Assembly: GCF_001194135.2 (NCBI RefSeq)
Contig: NC_068984.1
Coordinates: 111,696,656-111,753,694, forward strand
Source of the DNA: Octopus bimaculoides
Lineage: Eukaryota
Reading direction: 5' to 3'
DNA length: 57,039 nt
Part shown: in pieces, positions 1 through 11,700 of the stretch
How positions within the stretch are numbered: the first letter of the stretch is position 1
How the letters are laid out: each line of letters opens with the position of its first letter
The notes under the pieces: model-generated
What the model was told of the DNA's origin: nothing
What the model saw: the letters and a program-made list of their open reading frames with translations, nothing else
Database searches by the model: none
Program-made: the position numbers and the translations under genes

Positions 1-299
1 CAGGCAGATTGGCAGACAGACAAACAGAAAGACAGACAGAAAGGCACATTTGTTGATAGATGCCTGAGATGGAATTTATTCAGACCAAGTAGATTGCATC
101 TTCAACAAGAATTATGTTCTTGCAGACACAGCACTGGATAATGGTTATCTTTGACAGACATATTCATCCAAAGCATTCTACATTCATCCTTTTTTTTCTT
201 CTGCTGATGGTGGCCTGACGACCCCCAATAAGTAACGAAACACTTTTTGTATTTCCTTCACTGTGTTGGTACTACGAATTTCAAGTGCAGTTTTTTTTT

Positions 300-711
300 N
301 NNNNNNNNNNNNNNNNNNNNNNNNNNNNNNNNNNNNNNNNNNNNNNNNNNNNNNNNNNNNNNNNNNNNNNNNNNNNNNNNNNNNNNNNNNNNNNNNNNNN
401 NNNNNNNNNNNNNNNNNNNNNNNNNNNNNNNNNNNNNNNNNNNNNNNNNNNNNNNNNNNNNNNNNNNNNNNNNNNNNNNNNNNNNNNNNNNNNNNNNNNN
501 NNNNNNNNNNNNNNNNNNNNNNNNNNNNNNNNNNNNNNNNNNNNNNNNNNNNNNNNNNNNNNNNNNNNNNNNNNNNNNNNNNNNNNNNNNNNNNNNNNNN
601 NNNNNNNNNNNNNNNNNNNNNNNNNNNNNNNNNNNNNNNNNNNNNNNNNNNNNNNNNNNNNNNNNNNNNNNNNNNNNNNNNNNNNNNNNNNNNNNNNNNN
701 NNNNNNNNNNN
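300..711. other. Assembly gap (N run). Other gaps: 8071-8170, 12243-12252, 16006-16064, 42230-42464, 44448-44466, 48062-48291, 50504-50513
   Basis: Runs of n read directly; each gap abuts a (TA)n tract on at least one side. Confidence 0.99.
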
Positions 712-761
<50 letters not shown>

Positions 762-1346
762 GCACGTACAGACACACACATACGCACACACATATATATA
801 TGGATACGTGCATAGATATGTAGATACATAACTAACAATATGTAAGCATACGCACACATACGAACACACACTCATACACACTCATACACAAACACTCATA
901 CACACACACACACACTCACACACACTCATACACACAAACTCTTACTGGCTCACAATTCATATTTCTTCAGTTCAAGACCCATCTTTATATGCTTCTGTCA
1001 TTACCAATTTCCCATTGCATATATCGTTTCATGTCAGTCATTCTTCACCTTTACTTAACCAAATATTTCCCGATCTTTTTGGCGACTTAACACGCCCTAA
1101 TCTTTGCCTATACAACACGACCGACAACATGGCTAAGAACACGGCAGACGACCGCCTTGACAACTTCACTGACAACATGGCGGACATGTTGGAATTCATG
1201 CTTTTGAATACAATCGTTGTTATGGTGTTGAAAAGACTCCCTCCGCGAATCAATGAGATTGTTTATTTTATTCCAAATCCGATATCACATTCTTGTGGAT
1301 ACATATATTAACACATACAAACTAACAAATATATATAACTATACAT

Positions 1347-1388
<42 letters not shown>

Positions 1389-1395
1389 ATGTATA

Positions 1396-1755
1396 GGCGC
1401 AGGCATGGATGTGTGGTAAGAAGCTCACCTCTGAATCACATGCTTCCGGGTTCAATCCCATTGCGTGGCACACTGGGCAAGTGTTTTCTCCTATACCTAC
1501 GGGCCGACCAAAGCCTTGTGAGTGGATTTGGTAGACGGAAGCTGAAGGAAGCCCGTATATATATCTATGTGTGCGTGTCTGTGCTGGTGTGCTTATGGCC
1601 CCGTAAACTAGCGGTTCGGCAAAGAGATCGATAAAAATTATTACCAGGCTTAAAAGAAAGTACTGGGATCGATACATCGACTATAAATTGTTCAAGACAG
1701 TGCCCCAGCATGGCCGCAGTCTAATGACTGAAACAAGTAGGAGATAGACAAAAGA
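1396..1755 (+). mobile_element. SINE family A, near full length (tRNA-like head, internal microsatellite, tail)
   Basis: Head GGCGCAGG..TGGATGTGTGG (A-box-like) and GGTTCAATCCC (B-box-like), then CAAAGCCTTGTGAGTGGATTTGGTAGACGG, (TA/TG)n, and tail ending CAGCATGGCCGCAGTC..ATGACTGAAACAAGTA; repeated many times in the window. Confidence 0.85.
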
Positions 1756-1923
1756 TATGTGTGTGTGTGTGTTTTCATACATGTAAGATGTGGGTTTGGT
1801 CCCAAGGTAGCCTTCGACTTTTTCTATTTGGTGTTTCGATATTTATAGCTTTATGTGTTTCCAGATTCTCTGTTTCAAAATAGTATTATTACAGCTTCTA
1901 AATTCTGATGACATCAACAGTGT

Positions 1924-1970
<47 letters not shown>

Positions 1971-2185
1971 CAGGTGTAGCTGTCTGGTTAGAATTCCCAA
2001 AGACATGGATATAGGTTCAGTCCACTGCTAGTAGGAGACACTTGTCCAAGGGACCAAGCAACGGGTCCAACTAGTCATTATTATTATTGAGTGAGAAAGC
2101 AGCACATGCCATCAAAGTGACACTGGGGTACAATTATACGAAGCCCAGTATATTCATCGTTACTGCCCGTCTGGTGGTGGCGGCG

Positions 2186-2237
<52 letters not shown>

Positions 2238-2655
2238 TAGTAGTGCTACCGAGGGCCACGGATCGCTAGAATCGTTACAGCATCGCAAAGAATGATATTT
2301 GCGGTGTTTGTTTCAGCGCTTTATATTTCTCCACTTGAAAATCTCGTGTCGAGGTCAACTTTGCCATTTCATCCCCCTTCCGGTGTGGGGGTGTACATCC
2401 GATAAAATAAAGCACCAGTCAAGTACTGCAAGAACGGTTGCGAGACAAGAGGTGGTGATAGGGGACGTTAATCCACCAACATCTACCTGCAAATCTGTGA
2501 TCCGATCTTGCCCGTCTCTTAGAAATTATAACTACTCGGCTGTGTTGTTTTTATTGCATGCTTTCCCCCGTACATCCTTTCAGTGTGCCTTGTGTATGTG
2601 CAGCGTTTAAGTTCTTAGTTTTCTATTTTTGCGCCATTAAAAATACTCCTTCGTC

Positions 2656-2702
2656 ATGAGTGCTGTACCTAATGGTGGCAACTTTACGTGTTGTATCTGT
2701 TT
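2656..2702 (+). CDS. Candidate first coding exon (MSAVPNGGNFTCCIC), unassigned
   Basis: GTCATGA start in CpG-retaining unique sequence, followed by the consensus donor GTAAGT at 2703; no homology recognised. Confidence 0.2.
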
Positions 2703-2899
2703 GTAAGTCTTCAGGTTTTGCTTATGTTTTTGCATGCATCTTTTTTTTAATAATTCCCATGGCACCTATTATTATTATGGAGATAGTTTTAGGTTTTAAT
2801 CCACATATTCTGATTATCTCTGTTTCCAGATGTTTGTTGCGAAATAGAAGTAATGAGATCTTTGTTAAGAAACACCGTTCCCCTTCGTATGTAAACGTA

Positions 2900-2955
<56 letters not shown>

Positions 2956-3506
2956 ATGTGTTATTTTCGGTATTGCGTAGGTGGCCTGTATACGACATGT
3001 GAGGATGCGTAAATATGATGTTTTGTACATTTTAGAATGTGTTATGGTTTGTTAAGACAATGAAAAACCAGACAGGACTAGTATAATCCATGATGGATCT
3101 GATGTAATGTTTGTACAATGTTGTTGTTTCTTGCTATTAACCAAATGTGGTACATGTTATTGTTCGAAGTAGAGATGAGGAATTATGAATATTATTTTAG
3201 CAAGTTTAAAGTGATTTCTTTCGTGCCGTAAACCATTTTCATTTCTGTGGTGCCCCCCCCATCCCTTGATGCCCTAAGCACGAGATTATTTTGCTTGATG
3301 GGTTAATCCAGTGCTGTTCAGGACGTATGAAACAAGGACTAACAAAAAGTCTGAAAACAAGCATGGACAACCATTGGACATTTAGAACAAACTTATGGAA
3401 ATGCTTTAGACGGGCAAAGGGTTAAAATTGCTGTGATTTTACCCAGCTTAAAGGTTGGTAGCACATTCAATGATTGTAGAGTGTGAGGTTTTAGGTGTAT
3501 ATTCAT

Positions 3507-3731
3507 TTATTTATTGCCCACAGAGGGGCTAAACATAGAGGGGACAAACAAGGGCAAAGAGATTAAGTCGACTACATTGGCTCCATAACGTAACTTGAAC
3601 CTATTTAATCGACCCCGAAAGGATGAAAAGCAAAGATGACCTCGGTGGAATTTGAACTCAAAACGTAACGGCAGACGAAATGCCGCTAAGAATTTCACCC
3701 GGCATGTTAACAATTCTGCCAGCTCGCCGCC
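3507..3731 (-). mobile_element. SINE family B, full length, tail T1
   Basis: Minus strand: GGCGGCGAGCTGGCAGAATTGTTA...GAGTTCAAATTCC(A/G)CCGAGGTC...TTTCATCCTTTCGGGGTCGAT...CCCCTCTATGTTTAGCCCC..TGGGCAATAAATAA; A- and B-box-like motifs present. Confidence 0.85.
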
Positions 3732-4029
3732 CTGTTTTAGGTGTATCCTAAGATTCTGACTGGACCTGATCAGTTTAGGTTTTTAGTTTTCTCAACAGAT
3801 TTTGAAGTGTTTGAGAAAGGAAGGGGTAAATATCGTGGTCTTGATGGAAAAGGGCGTACTTTTCGTTTGGCGTTCCAGTTATTTTTTTGTTTTGATTTTG
3901 TATTTTGTTGAGTTTTAAAGGCTGATTCTTTTGAGAAATGTCGGATAAGGGCGTTTCTTTGGTGTTAGAGTGTGAATATATGTTCGTTATTTGATTGTTG
4001 TTACTGTTTGACATTGAGTATAGTGTAGC

Positions 4030-4410
4030 CGTTGTTGATGTTCATGTCGATCATGATGATGATGTTGTTGTTGTTGTTGTTGGTGGTGGTGGTGCTGGTA
4101 GTTGTGGTGGTAATGAAGGCGGTAGGGTGATGATGATAATGATAGAAGAGGTGATGAGGATGATGATGGTGATGGAGGTGGTGATGGTGGTAGTGGAGGT
4201 AGTGACTGACGGTGGAGGTAGTAACGGTAGTGGTGGTGGTGGTGGTGATGATAATGGTGATGAAGATGACAATAATGACGGTGATGGTATTGGTGCTGGT
4301 GATGATGATGATGATGATGATGATGATAGTGTTGGTGGCGGTGATGATGATGGTGGGGGAGGTGGTGGTGATAGTCGTGGTGGTGATGATGATGACGATG
4401 ATGACGGTGC
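4030..4410. repeat. Compound (GAT)/(GGT)/(GTT) trinucleotide low-complexity tract
   Basis: Read directly. Confidence 0.95.
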
Positions 4411-4714
4411 TAGTTATTCTCTACATCGTGTTTTACTGTTGCAATTTATGTTCGTTCCAAACAACTTCTCAGCTTATAGCCTTTCTTGTTTTTTTTACTT
4501 GCCATATATTTTTCTTTCTTAATCCTTTTTGTCTGGTTGTTCGACGCCGAGTTTATATTTCGGTTGTGCGTGGCAGGCAGTGTCTTGGTACTGTGTTCGA
4601 GTAATAATGAGGTTGTCTATCTTGCTGGTGGGCAACTGGGGTTGTATTTTGGGAACGGCTGTTTCATGGCTGAGGAGTTCGGTTCACAAATTCGTAGTAT
4701 CGCATTCGATCCCC

Positions 4715-4922
4715 ATGCCACCAATGTTATCCAAGGGAAAGGCAAAGGGGCTGATACAGTTTGGCACTTGTGACGTCACAACTCATTTCTACAGATGAGT
4801 GAACTGGAGCAACGTGAAATAAAGTGTCTTGCTCAAGAACACAACATACAGCCCGTTCCTGGATTCGAACTCACTACCTCATGATTGTGAGCCCGATGCT
4901 CTAACCACTGAGCCATGCGCCT
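4715..4922 (-). mobile_element. SINE family C, tail C1
   Basis: Minus strand: GGCGCATGGCTCAGTGGTTAGAGC...GAGTTCGAATCC...TTCTTGAGCAAGACACTTTATTTCACGTTGCTCCAGTTCACTC; clear tRNA-like A and B boxes. Confidence 0.85.
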
Positions 4923-5725
4923 TACTGTTTAGTATCTCCATCCGTCTTCTTTGCCAACGATTCTTGGGAAGGTCATGGTGGGAGAGTCCTCAGACACCTC
5001 CGTTATAGAACCTTATCACTAGGAACCGTCACTTGCCATTTCGACTGGATTTCTAAGCGCAACGAACTGAGACCATAACTATTATACATATTCTCCTTCT
5101 TATAAGTTTCCTCTGAGGTCTTTTGCCAGTTGGCACTGCTTGAAGAATGCGCCATGTGATTTTTTTTCCTTATGACATTAGAATCTCATAAGTCCGTAAT
5201 GTGACATTCTCATGTCATAAGTTCGTAATGCTGGAGTTGTGTCTGCTAAATGTCGCGAAGTAACAGCTGAACTAGGGAGTATTACCTGATCTCCGAGCTA
5301 CACATTCTATCCAGCAACGTCGCTCCAGGGATCCATCGGAAGAACCCCATTTCGTTTGCTTGTATTTAAGATCGTACTCTTTCAGTCATTTACCCAAATT
5401 TCATTGCGAGGATAGACACGAGAATCAAACTACCATTAGCGAGTTTACTTTACCATTATATAACAATAAAAATGATTTTGGAAATATTGGCACAAAAAAG
5501 CCACGTAATTTACAGCAGGAACGTAATGTGATCAAAGCACTATCAACGCTTGGCTGTTAATTATTTTATTGAGCTAAACCGGATACAAAGTGAAAGTAAT
5601 CATGGTTGTAGTGTGAGTAGAAGAATGTTAGGAACGTAACTACAAAGTATTTACGCAGAATTTGATAGTTTGCATCAAAAGGAAAAGAAATCATAACATC
5701 TCATCAAAAAATAAGGATATTTTAA

Positions 5726-6272
5726 CCCTTCAACACTTGTATTATTTTGTTAAATGTAATTCTTGTTTATTCACATTGTTTTGAATTAATCATGCATTAA
5801 CTTGTAGCTCTGACATTTCGATGAAGTGATGGTTTGTTTTTCGAACGATATTGTCGGGTGGCTGGGAGAGGCAGGATCTGACCAATTTGGACATGAAACA
5901 GGTAGAATATTTGGGCCTCATATGGCCAGTTTAAATCAGTGCTTTGAATTAATCATACATTATCTTGTAGCTCTGACGTTTCGATGAAGTGATGGTTTAT
6001 TTTTCGAACGACATTGTCGGGTGGCTGTAAGAGGCAGGATCTGACCAATTTGGACATGAAAGAGGAAGAATATTTGGGCCTCATATAGCCAGTTTAAATC
6101 AGTGCTTTGAATTAATCATGCATTATCTTGTAGCTTTGGCGTTTCGATGAAGTGGTGGTTTATTTTTAGAATGACATTGTCGGGTGGCTGTGAAAGGCCA
6201 GATCCGGTCAGTTTGAACATAAAGCAGCATAGAATATTTAAGTCTGATAAGGCCGACTTGAATGCGGAAAGC
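5726..6272. mobile_element. piggyBac-like (TTAA-CCCTT) MITE with internal 163-bp triplication
   Basis: Begins TTAACCCTTC; units start at 5781, 5944 and 6107; the body is the reverse complement of the 45485-45704 element. Confidence 0.7.
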
Positions 6273-6456
6273 GTAAAAAAAAAATCAAAAATATCAACTC
6301 AAAACAGCCCCAGAACCCGACTCAGGCGTTCCTTACTTTGTTCTTTGGAAGGTCTTCGAACATTTCTTTGATCTGAACTACCAACTCGGTCATGGTGTGC
6401 CAAGCAAGTGGACTTAGGTCAGAATCGAGGTCCCAATCGAGGGACTTAGGTCAGAA

Positions 6457-6813
6457 ATGACGATGACGATAGTGATGATAATGATGGCGGTGGGAGTGGG
6501 TAGTAGCGACGGTGGCGGCGGCGGTGATGATGATGATCGTGGTGGTGGTGGTGGTGGTGGCGGTCGTGGTAGTGGTGGTGGTGGTGGTAGTGGTGGTGGT
6601 TGTCGTCGTCGTGGTCGTAGTGGTGGAGGTGTTAATGGCGAAGAAGAAGAAGAAGAGGAGGAGAGGAAGAAGCAAGAGGAGGAGAAGAAAGAGAAGAAGA
6701 AGAAGAAGAAGAAGAAGAAGAAGAAGAAGAAGAAGAAGAAGAAGAAGAAGAAGAAGAAGAAGAAGAAGAAGAAGAAGAAGAAGAAGAAGAAGAAGAAGAA
6801 GAAGAAGAAGAAG

Positions 6814-6843
<30 letters not shown>
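6457..6843. repeat. (GGT)n followed by pure (AAG)~50
   Basis: Read directly; source of the poly-K/R/S/L ORFs. Confidence 0.98.
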
Positions 6844-6845
<2 letters not shown>

Positions 6846-7077
6846 TTCCGTTCAACATACCACAGGCAAAATACTTGATCTCGATGAAAAGTCATTTTCT
6901 CGTTCGTTTCAATCCGACACCCGGATGTTAGCAGTTTCAAGGGGTATACAGCAATATATGATGTATATTTGTTGCTTGTGTGTTTGTGCAACAAACATGT
7001 GGGTGGAAATGGGGTGGAAATGCCATTTGCCTACACACCATGACGCAACTGTCTATCTATCTATCTATCCATCTATC

Positions 7078-7108
<31 letters not shown>

Positions 7109-7182
7109 TTCACTATCTGATTCAAACTACATACATACGTACAAACAAACATCCCTACTTACATACTTACATACATACATAC

Positions 7183-7220
7183 CAGATGGTGGTGGTGGGG
7201 GGACAAATACAGACACACAA

Positions 7221-7265
<45 letters not shown>

Positions 7266-7436
7266 CATATATACGACGGGCTTCTTTCAGTTTCCGTCTA
7301 CCAAATCCACTCACAAGGCTTTGGTCGGCCCGAGGCTATAGTAGAAGACACTAGCCCAAGGTGCCACGCAGTGGGACTGAACTCGGAACCATGTGGTTGG
7401 TAAGCAAGCTACTTACCACACAGCCACTCCTGCGCC
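7183..7436 (-). mobile_element. SINE family A, head half, CpG-intact (young-looking)
   Basis: Reverse complement of the family A head: GGCGCAGGAGTGGCTGTGTGGTAAGTAGCTTGC...GAAAGAAGCCCGTCGTATATAT. Confidence 0.85.
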
Positions 7437-8554
7437 TATAATATACATATTTATATATTCAAAGTATAAGGCGGAAATATATACTTTGAAAGTATTTATT
7501 TATAACGTCTTTACACGCGTTTCAGCAACAATCATCAAATGAATACGCAATCTTTTATCAAGCGTCCCCTCAGAGTAAATGTCATGGGAAAGGAAGAAAG
7601 TTAAGTACGATTATACATTTATAATAGTCCAGATATTAGAAAGTAAATTATATCGGGTTCATTTCATGTAACATAGGATGGCGCTTGATAATAGATTGCG
7701 AAAGAGTGTATTTACGTAATCAGGCGATTTTCATTGAAATATCAAAACATAAGAAGTTATGAGTAAATAATTTCAAATTATATTGTTCAGTATTTGTATT
7801 CATACTCTGTGACCCTTACAGCCTACAAATCAGTGACATGAAATTTTACTATAAAAACACGAAATTTGTCGCCAGGCATCTGTTTCGGAGTGTAATAGAA
7901 CATACTGTGTTTCAATTCAATGGTTATATTCTGTGCAATTTCTTAAGCAGTTTACAAAGAGCATTAATAGATATATATGTATATGTATTTTTATATACAC
8001 ATACATATATACATACACACATATATATACACATACGTACATATATATATAAATATATATATATATATATNNNNNNNNNNNNNNNNNNNNNNNNNNNNNN
8101 NNNNNNNNNNNNNNNNNNNNNNNNNNNNNNNNNNNNNNNNNNNNNNNNNNNNNNNNNNNNNNNNNNNNNNACTATGTATGTCTTTTTGTGTTTTTTCATG
8201 TCAATCTCTGCTCTGACTCATTTTTGCTTGAAGAGGGACTCTGTCCAAAACGTTTCATTTTCCACTCCCTGCAGCAAGTTTACTACACAGTTTCCAGCAA
8301 TTTTACTAAATTATACACACACACACAAATACATACACATATACATCAACTATATATACATACATACATACAGACACATATATAGATATATATTCAAGAT
8401 TGGATGATATAGTGTATAGAAGAATATATTAATCAATGAAATTCCAACTTAGTCTGATTTTAATGTTTTATTATTTACAATTTTGACAATTTTAGAATAT
8501 TGATATATAAAAAATATATATATCATCATTACCATCCTTATTATTATCATCATC

Positions 8555-9150
8555 ATCCTTTAACGTCCATTTTCCATGCTGGCATGGGTTAGATGATTTG
8601 ACCAGAGCTAGCAAGCCAGAGAGCTGCACTAGCTTCCAGCCTGATTTGGCCTTGTTTCTACGACTGGATGCCCTTTCCCAGTGCCATTTTTACATGGCAC
8701 TGGCACAGAATTCTTGCAGGCTGATCTTTTACACTAAGGGAAGTGGTTTTAGTACTTCTGCTGTGGAGGACAGGCCTTATTGAGGACAGCAAGGTGCCAG
8801 GTTTCTCGGGCCTTTGTTATCTCATCTGAAAGGATCCCCGTCCTTAGGTCATCCTTCAGTAGTTCCTCCCATGTTTTTATGGGTCTCCCTCTTCCACGAG
8901 TTCCATCCACATTGAGTGATTGGCACTTCTTTGAGGTACTGTCAACATGCATCCACATCATATGATCAAACCAGTGCGTTCTTCTCTCTTGTGCACTACA
9001 TCTAATTCCTCTTATACTTAACTTCTCTCTCAAAGCATTAGCACTCTATTGAACATGTACACTTGACATTACACATCCAGAGGAACACACTAGTCTCATT
9101 TCTCTCTAGTTTTCACATGTCCTCTGCATTCAGGGCCCACAACTCACTGT
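8555..9150 (-). pseudogene. RTE-clade LINE 3' end (ORF2 C-terminus plus 3' UTR), 5'-truncated
   Basis: Minus frames give SELWALNAEDM*KLERNE, then REKLSIRGI..QERRTHWFDHMMWM..KKCQSLNVDGTRGRGRPIKTWEELLKDD (RTE-type RW.GH..RM / G.R.RGRP.KTW). The UTR ends CCCATGCCAGCATGGAAAATGGACGTTAAA(GAT)n. Confidence 0.85.
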
Positions 9151-9405
9151 CATGTCGACAGGGAGACAGACTGACAGGCAGACAGACACACAGGGAGAAG
9201 GGAGGGAGGGAGACAGACAGACAGACTGACAGGCAGACAGACACACAGGGAGAAGGCAGACAGACTGGCAGACAGACAAACGGACAGGCAGACAAACAAA
9301 CTGACAAGCAGACAGATAGACCAAGACAAGCAGACAGACAGGGAGACAGACAGAGACAGGGAGATAAAGTGACAGACAGACAGACAGACAGACAGACAGA
9401 TAGAT
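9150..9405. repeat. Degenerate (GACA)n tetranucleotide tract
   Basis: Read directly. Confidence 0.9.
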
Positions 9406-10015
9406 TCACAGCTTATTGGTAGTGTTGTCGTTGTTTAGTGCCAGGACAGTTCTGATTAATGAAAGATGTTTCCAGTCATTCCCATTCCAATGAATTTCCA
9501 GAGACAATGAAGTCTAGGATCACACCACTTTCCTATTCTAAGAAGGCAGGGTGTTGATTTCAGGATTATTTGGCTGCTATTTTTACCAGATCAAGTGACT
9601 TTGCATAGGCCTCGGTATTTTCTGGCCCATCACAATGATTTTACTTTATCATGTCATTTATATTGACTGCAATCCACTTCCAATGTAATTCATTGGCAAT
9701 TAAAACAGTTTTACTTTATATTTTAATAATCGCTCTTTCTTTCTCTTTCTCACTCATTTACTCACTGCTGCTTATTCATGTGTCTGCTTCCTATTCTCTC
9801 TCTCTCTCTTCCTCCCTCTTTCTCTTCCTCTCCCTCTTTCTCCAAACAAACATTGCCAAGTTGGTCAGTAATTTGGTCAAATGTTTGATTGTTACAAGAG
9901 TTTAGGCATATAGGCTCAATGCCAGCATTCTTTTTTCCCTTGAGCAGGAAATTAGGCTCAATCCATCCCATAGTACTATTATTATGGTTTTATTATTATT
10001 ATTATCATTATCATT

Positions 10016-10056
<41 letters not shown>

Positions 10057-10069
10057 TAATAATAATAAT

Positions 10070-10629
10070 GCGATGCAGTACCAGGCAGTGGCTCTCATGG
10101 CTTCTGATCTTAATTGATTGGAAGTGTTATCTTGTACATTGTTTTGTCTCGGTATAAAAGATGGGCTACAGCAAATATTCTGCTCAATACCACAGATTTG
10201 CTAGTCAGTTGTTTGACCTCAACCAGTTGAGCATGTCCCTTGGTGGCTGACAATACATGCATCTCTGATCATGAGCAGAAGTAGTGGGGGAGCATCATAG
10301 CCATGTGTTGAGAGGAATTCTTTGGGGTTGGAATAATTCACCTCTGGAAACAAGTGTGTTTCATTCATCATCCTTAAACAAACCTTATTCAGGGACCTTT
10401 TGAGTGGGATGGGCTATTCGATTTAATGAAAATTCTAAGTGAGCCCCCATGCAGGGGATCATGCACTGTCTTGATATGAGATCACCATGAGATCACCATG
10501 TCACACACATATGGTTGTGATGCATGTGCCTGGTGCACTCTTATCAGATGGGTAGTCATGATGGGTATATTGTGCTTCATATATTTGTACCCCAGTGTCA
10601 CTGTGATGGCATGAACTGCTCTCTCACTC
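10070..10629 (+). mobile_element. 560-bp (TAA)n-anchored repeat; probable 3' region of an RLE retroelement or a derived non-autonomous element
   Basis: Flanked by (AAT)n. Its end GCTCTCTCACTC-AAT is shared with shorter copies at 29667-29912 and 2089-2173. No protein motif recognised. Confidence 0.65.
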
Positions 10630-10659
10630 AATATTAATCATAATAATAATAATAATAAT

Positions 10660-11173
10660 GGTATAGGCACATGCCAGAAAAGGCCACAGAAAACAAGAAA
10701 GCAACCATACTCTGGGATATGCCAATACACAGAGATAGAGAAATTAAGGTCAATAGGCCAGATATAGTTGTCAGAGATCATGAAGAAAAAAAAATGCTTT
10801 CTAATTGATGTATCAATACTAGCAGATGACAACATTTCTCTAAAAGAAATGGAGAAACTTTCAAAATACAAAGACCTGGAAATAGAGGTAACTCAAATGT
10901 GGAATCTAAGAACAGAAACAATTCCTATCATAGTTAGCGCATTAGATTTGATAAAAAAAAATATTCAGACAAATACATAACAAAAACACCAGGACTTACA
11001 AATATATATAACATACAGAATATTGCACTACTGGGCACTGCACACATCCTACGCAAAACACTTTCAATACAGTAACCATAAGAGCATCACAGCAAACCAC
11101 AGCACATACCCAAGGCACAGAGAGCTGCGCTCGGTAGTGAAGTGAAAGCACGTTATAAAAATAAAACTACTGA
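10660..11173 (+). pseudogene. R4/Dong-clade (RLE) non-LTR retrotransposon 3' end in (TAA)n
   Basis: TILWDMPIHRDREIKVNRPDIVVRDHEEKK / CFLIDVSILADDNISLKEMEKLSKYKDLEIEVTQMWNL..PIIVSAL / IQNIALLGTAHILRKTLSIQ* (RLE RPD..D..K motifs, with frameshifts); (AAT)n on both sides. Confidence 0.85.
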
Positions 11174-11526
11174 ATAATAATAATAATAATAATGATAATA
11201 ATGATGATGATGATGATATTATGATAACATTTTCAAATTTTGGCACAAGGCCAGCAAGTTCAAGGGAGGGATATGTCAATTACATCAACCGCAGTACTCA
11301 AATGGAACTTATTTTATCAACCTCAATAGAATGAAAGGAAAAGTCGACTTTGATAGAACCTGAACTCAGGAATAATAATGATGGGTTCAAATAATGGTAC
11401 AAGGCCAGCAATTTTAGGGGTCAGAGTAAGTCAATTACATCGACCTTTGTATTCAACTGGTACTTAGTTTATTGACCTCAAAAGGATGACAGGCAAAGTT
11501 GACTTTGGCAGCATTTGAACTCAGAA

Positions 11527-11700
11527 GCCATGCTGGAGCACCACCTTAAAGGGCTTTAATCGAACAAATCGACCCCAGGACTTATTCTTTGTAAGCCTAG
11601 TACTTATTCTATCAGTCTCTTTTGCCAAACCACTTAGTCACGGGTGAAATAAACACACCACCATCAGTTGTCAAGTGATGGCAGGGTGACAAACACACAC
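11527..11700 (-). mobile_element. SINE family A, tail half
   Basis: GCCATGCTGGAGCACC...CCCCAGGACTTATTCTTTGTAAGCCTAGTACTTATTC matches the family A tail. Confidence 0.8.

Noticed and set aside
184-881. Long ORFs spanning N gaps (also at 7838, 33219, 42104 and 47894)
   Set aside because: They are made of X and (YI/IY/CV/HT)n from gaps and dinucleotide repeats, so they are not coding evidence.
3995-4604. Poly-D/G/V/M ORFs (likewise 6451-7341 poly-K/R/L/S and 35298-35796 poly-S/G/A/L)
   Set aside because: Trinucleotide tracts are open in several frames on both strands, with no flanking domain or splice support.
4860-4922. tRNA genes at SINE heads (also 26760-26827, 39070-39150 and 41085-41152)
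   Set aside because: A and B boxes are present, but each continues into a repeated SINE body, and I could not fold a full cloverleaf.
7440-7570. Possible third hammerhead on the minus strand (TTGATGA..GAAACGCGTGTA)
   Set aside because: C3 is mutated, stem II is weak and there is no stem I complement; at most a decayed relative.
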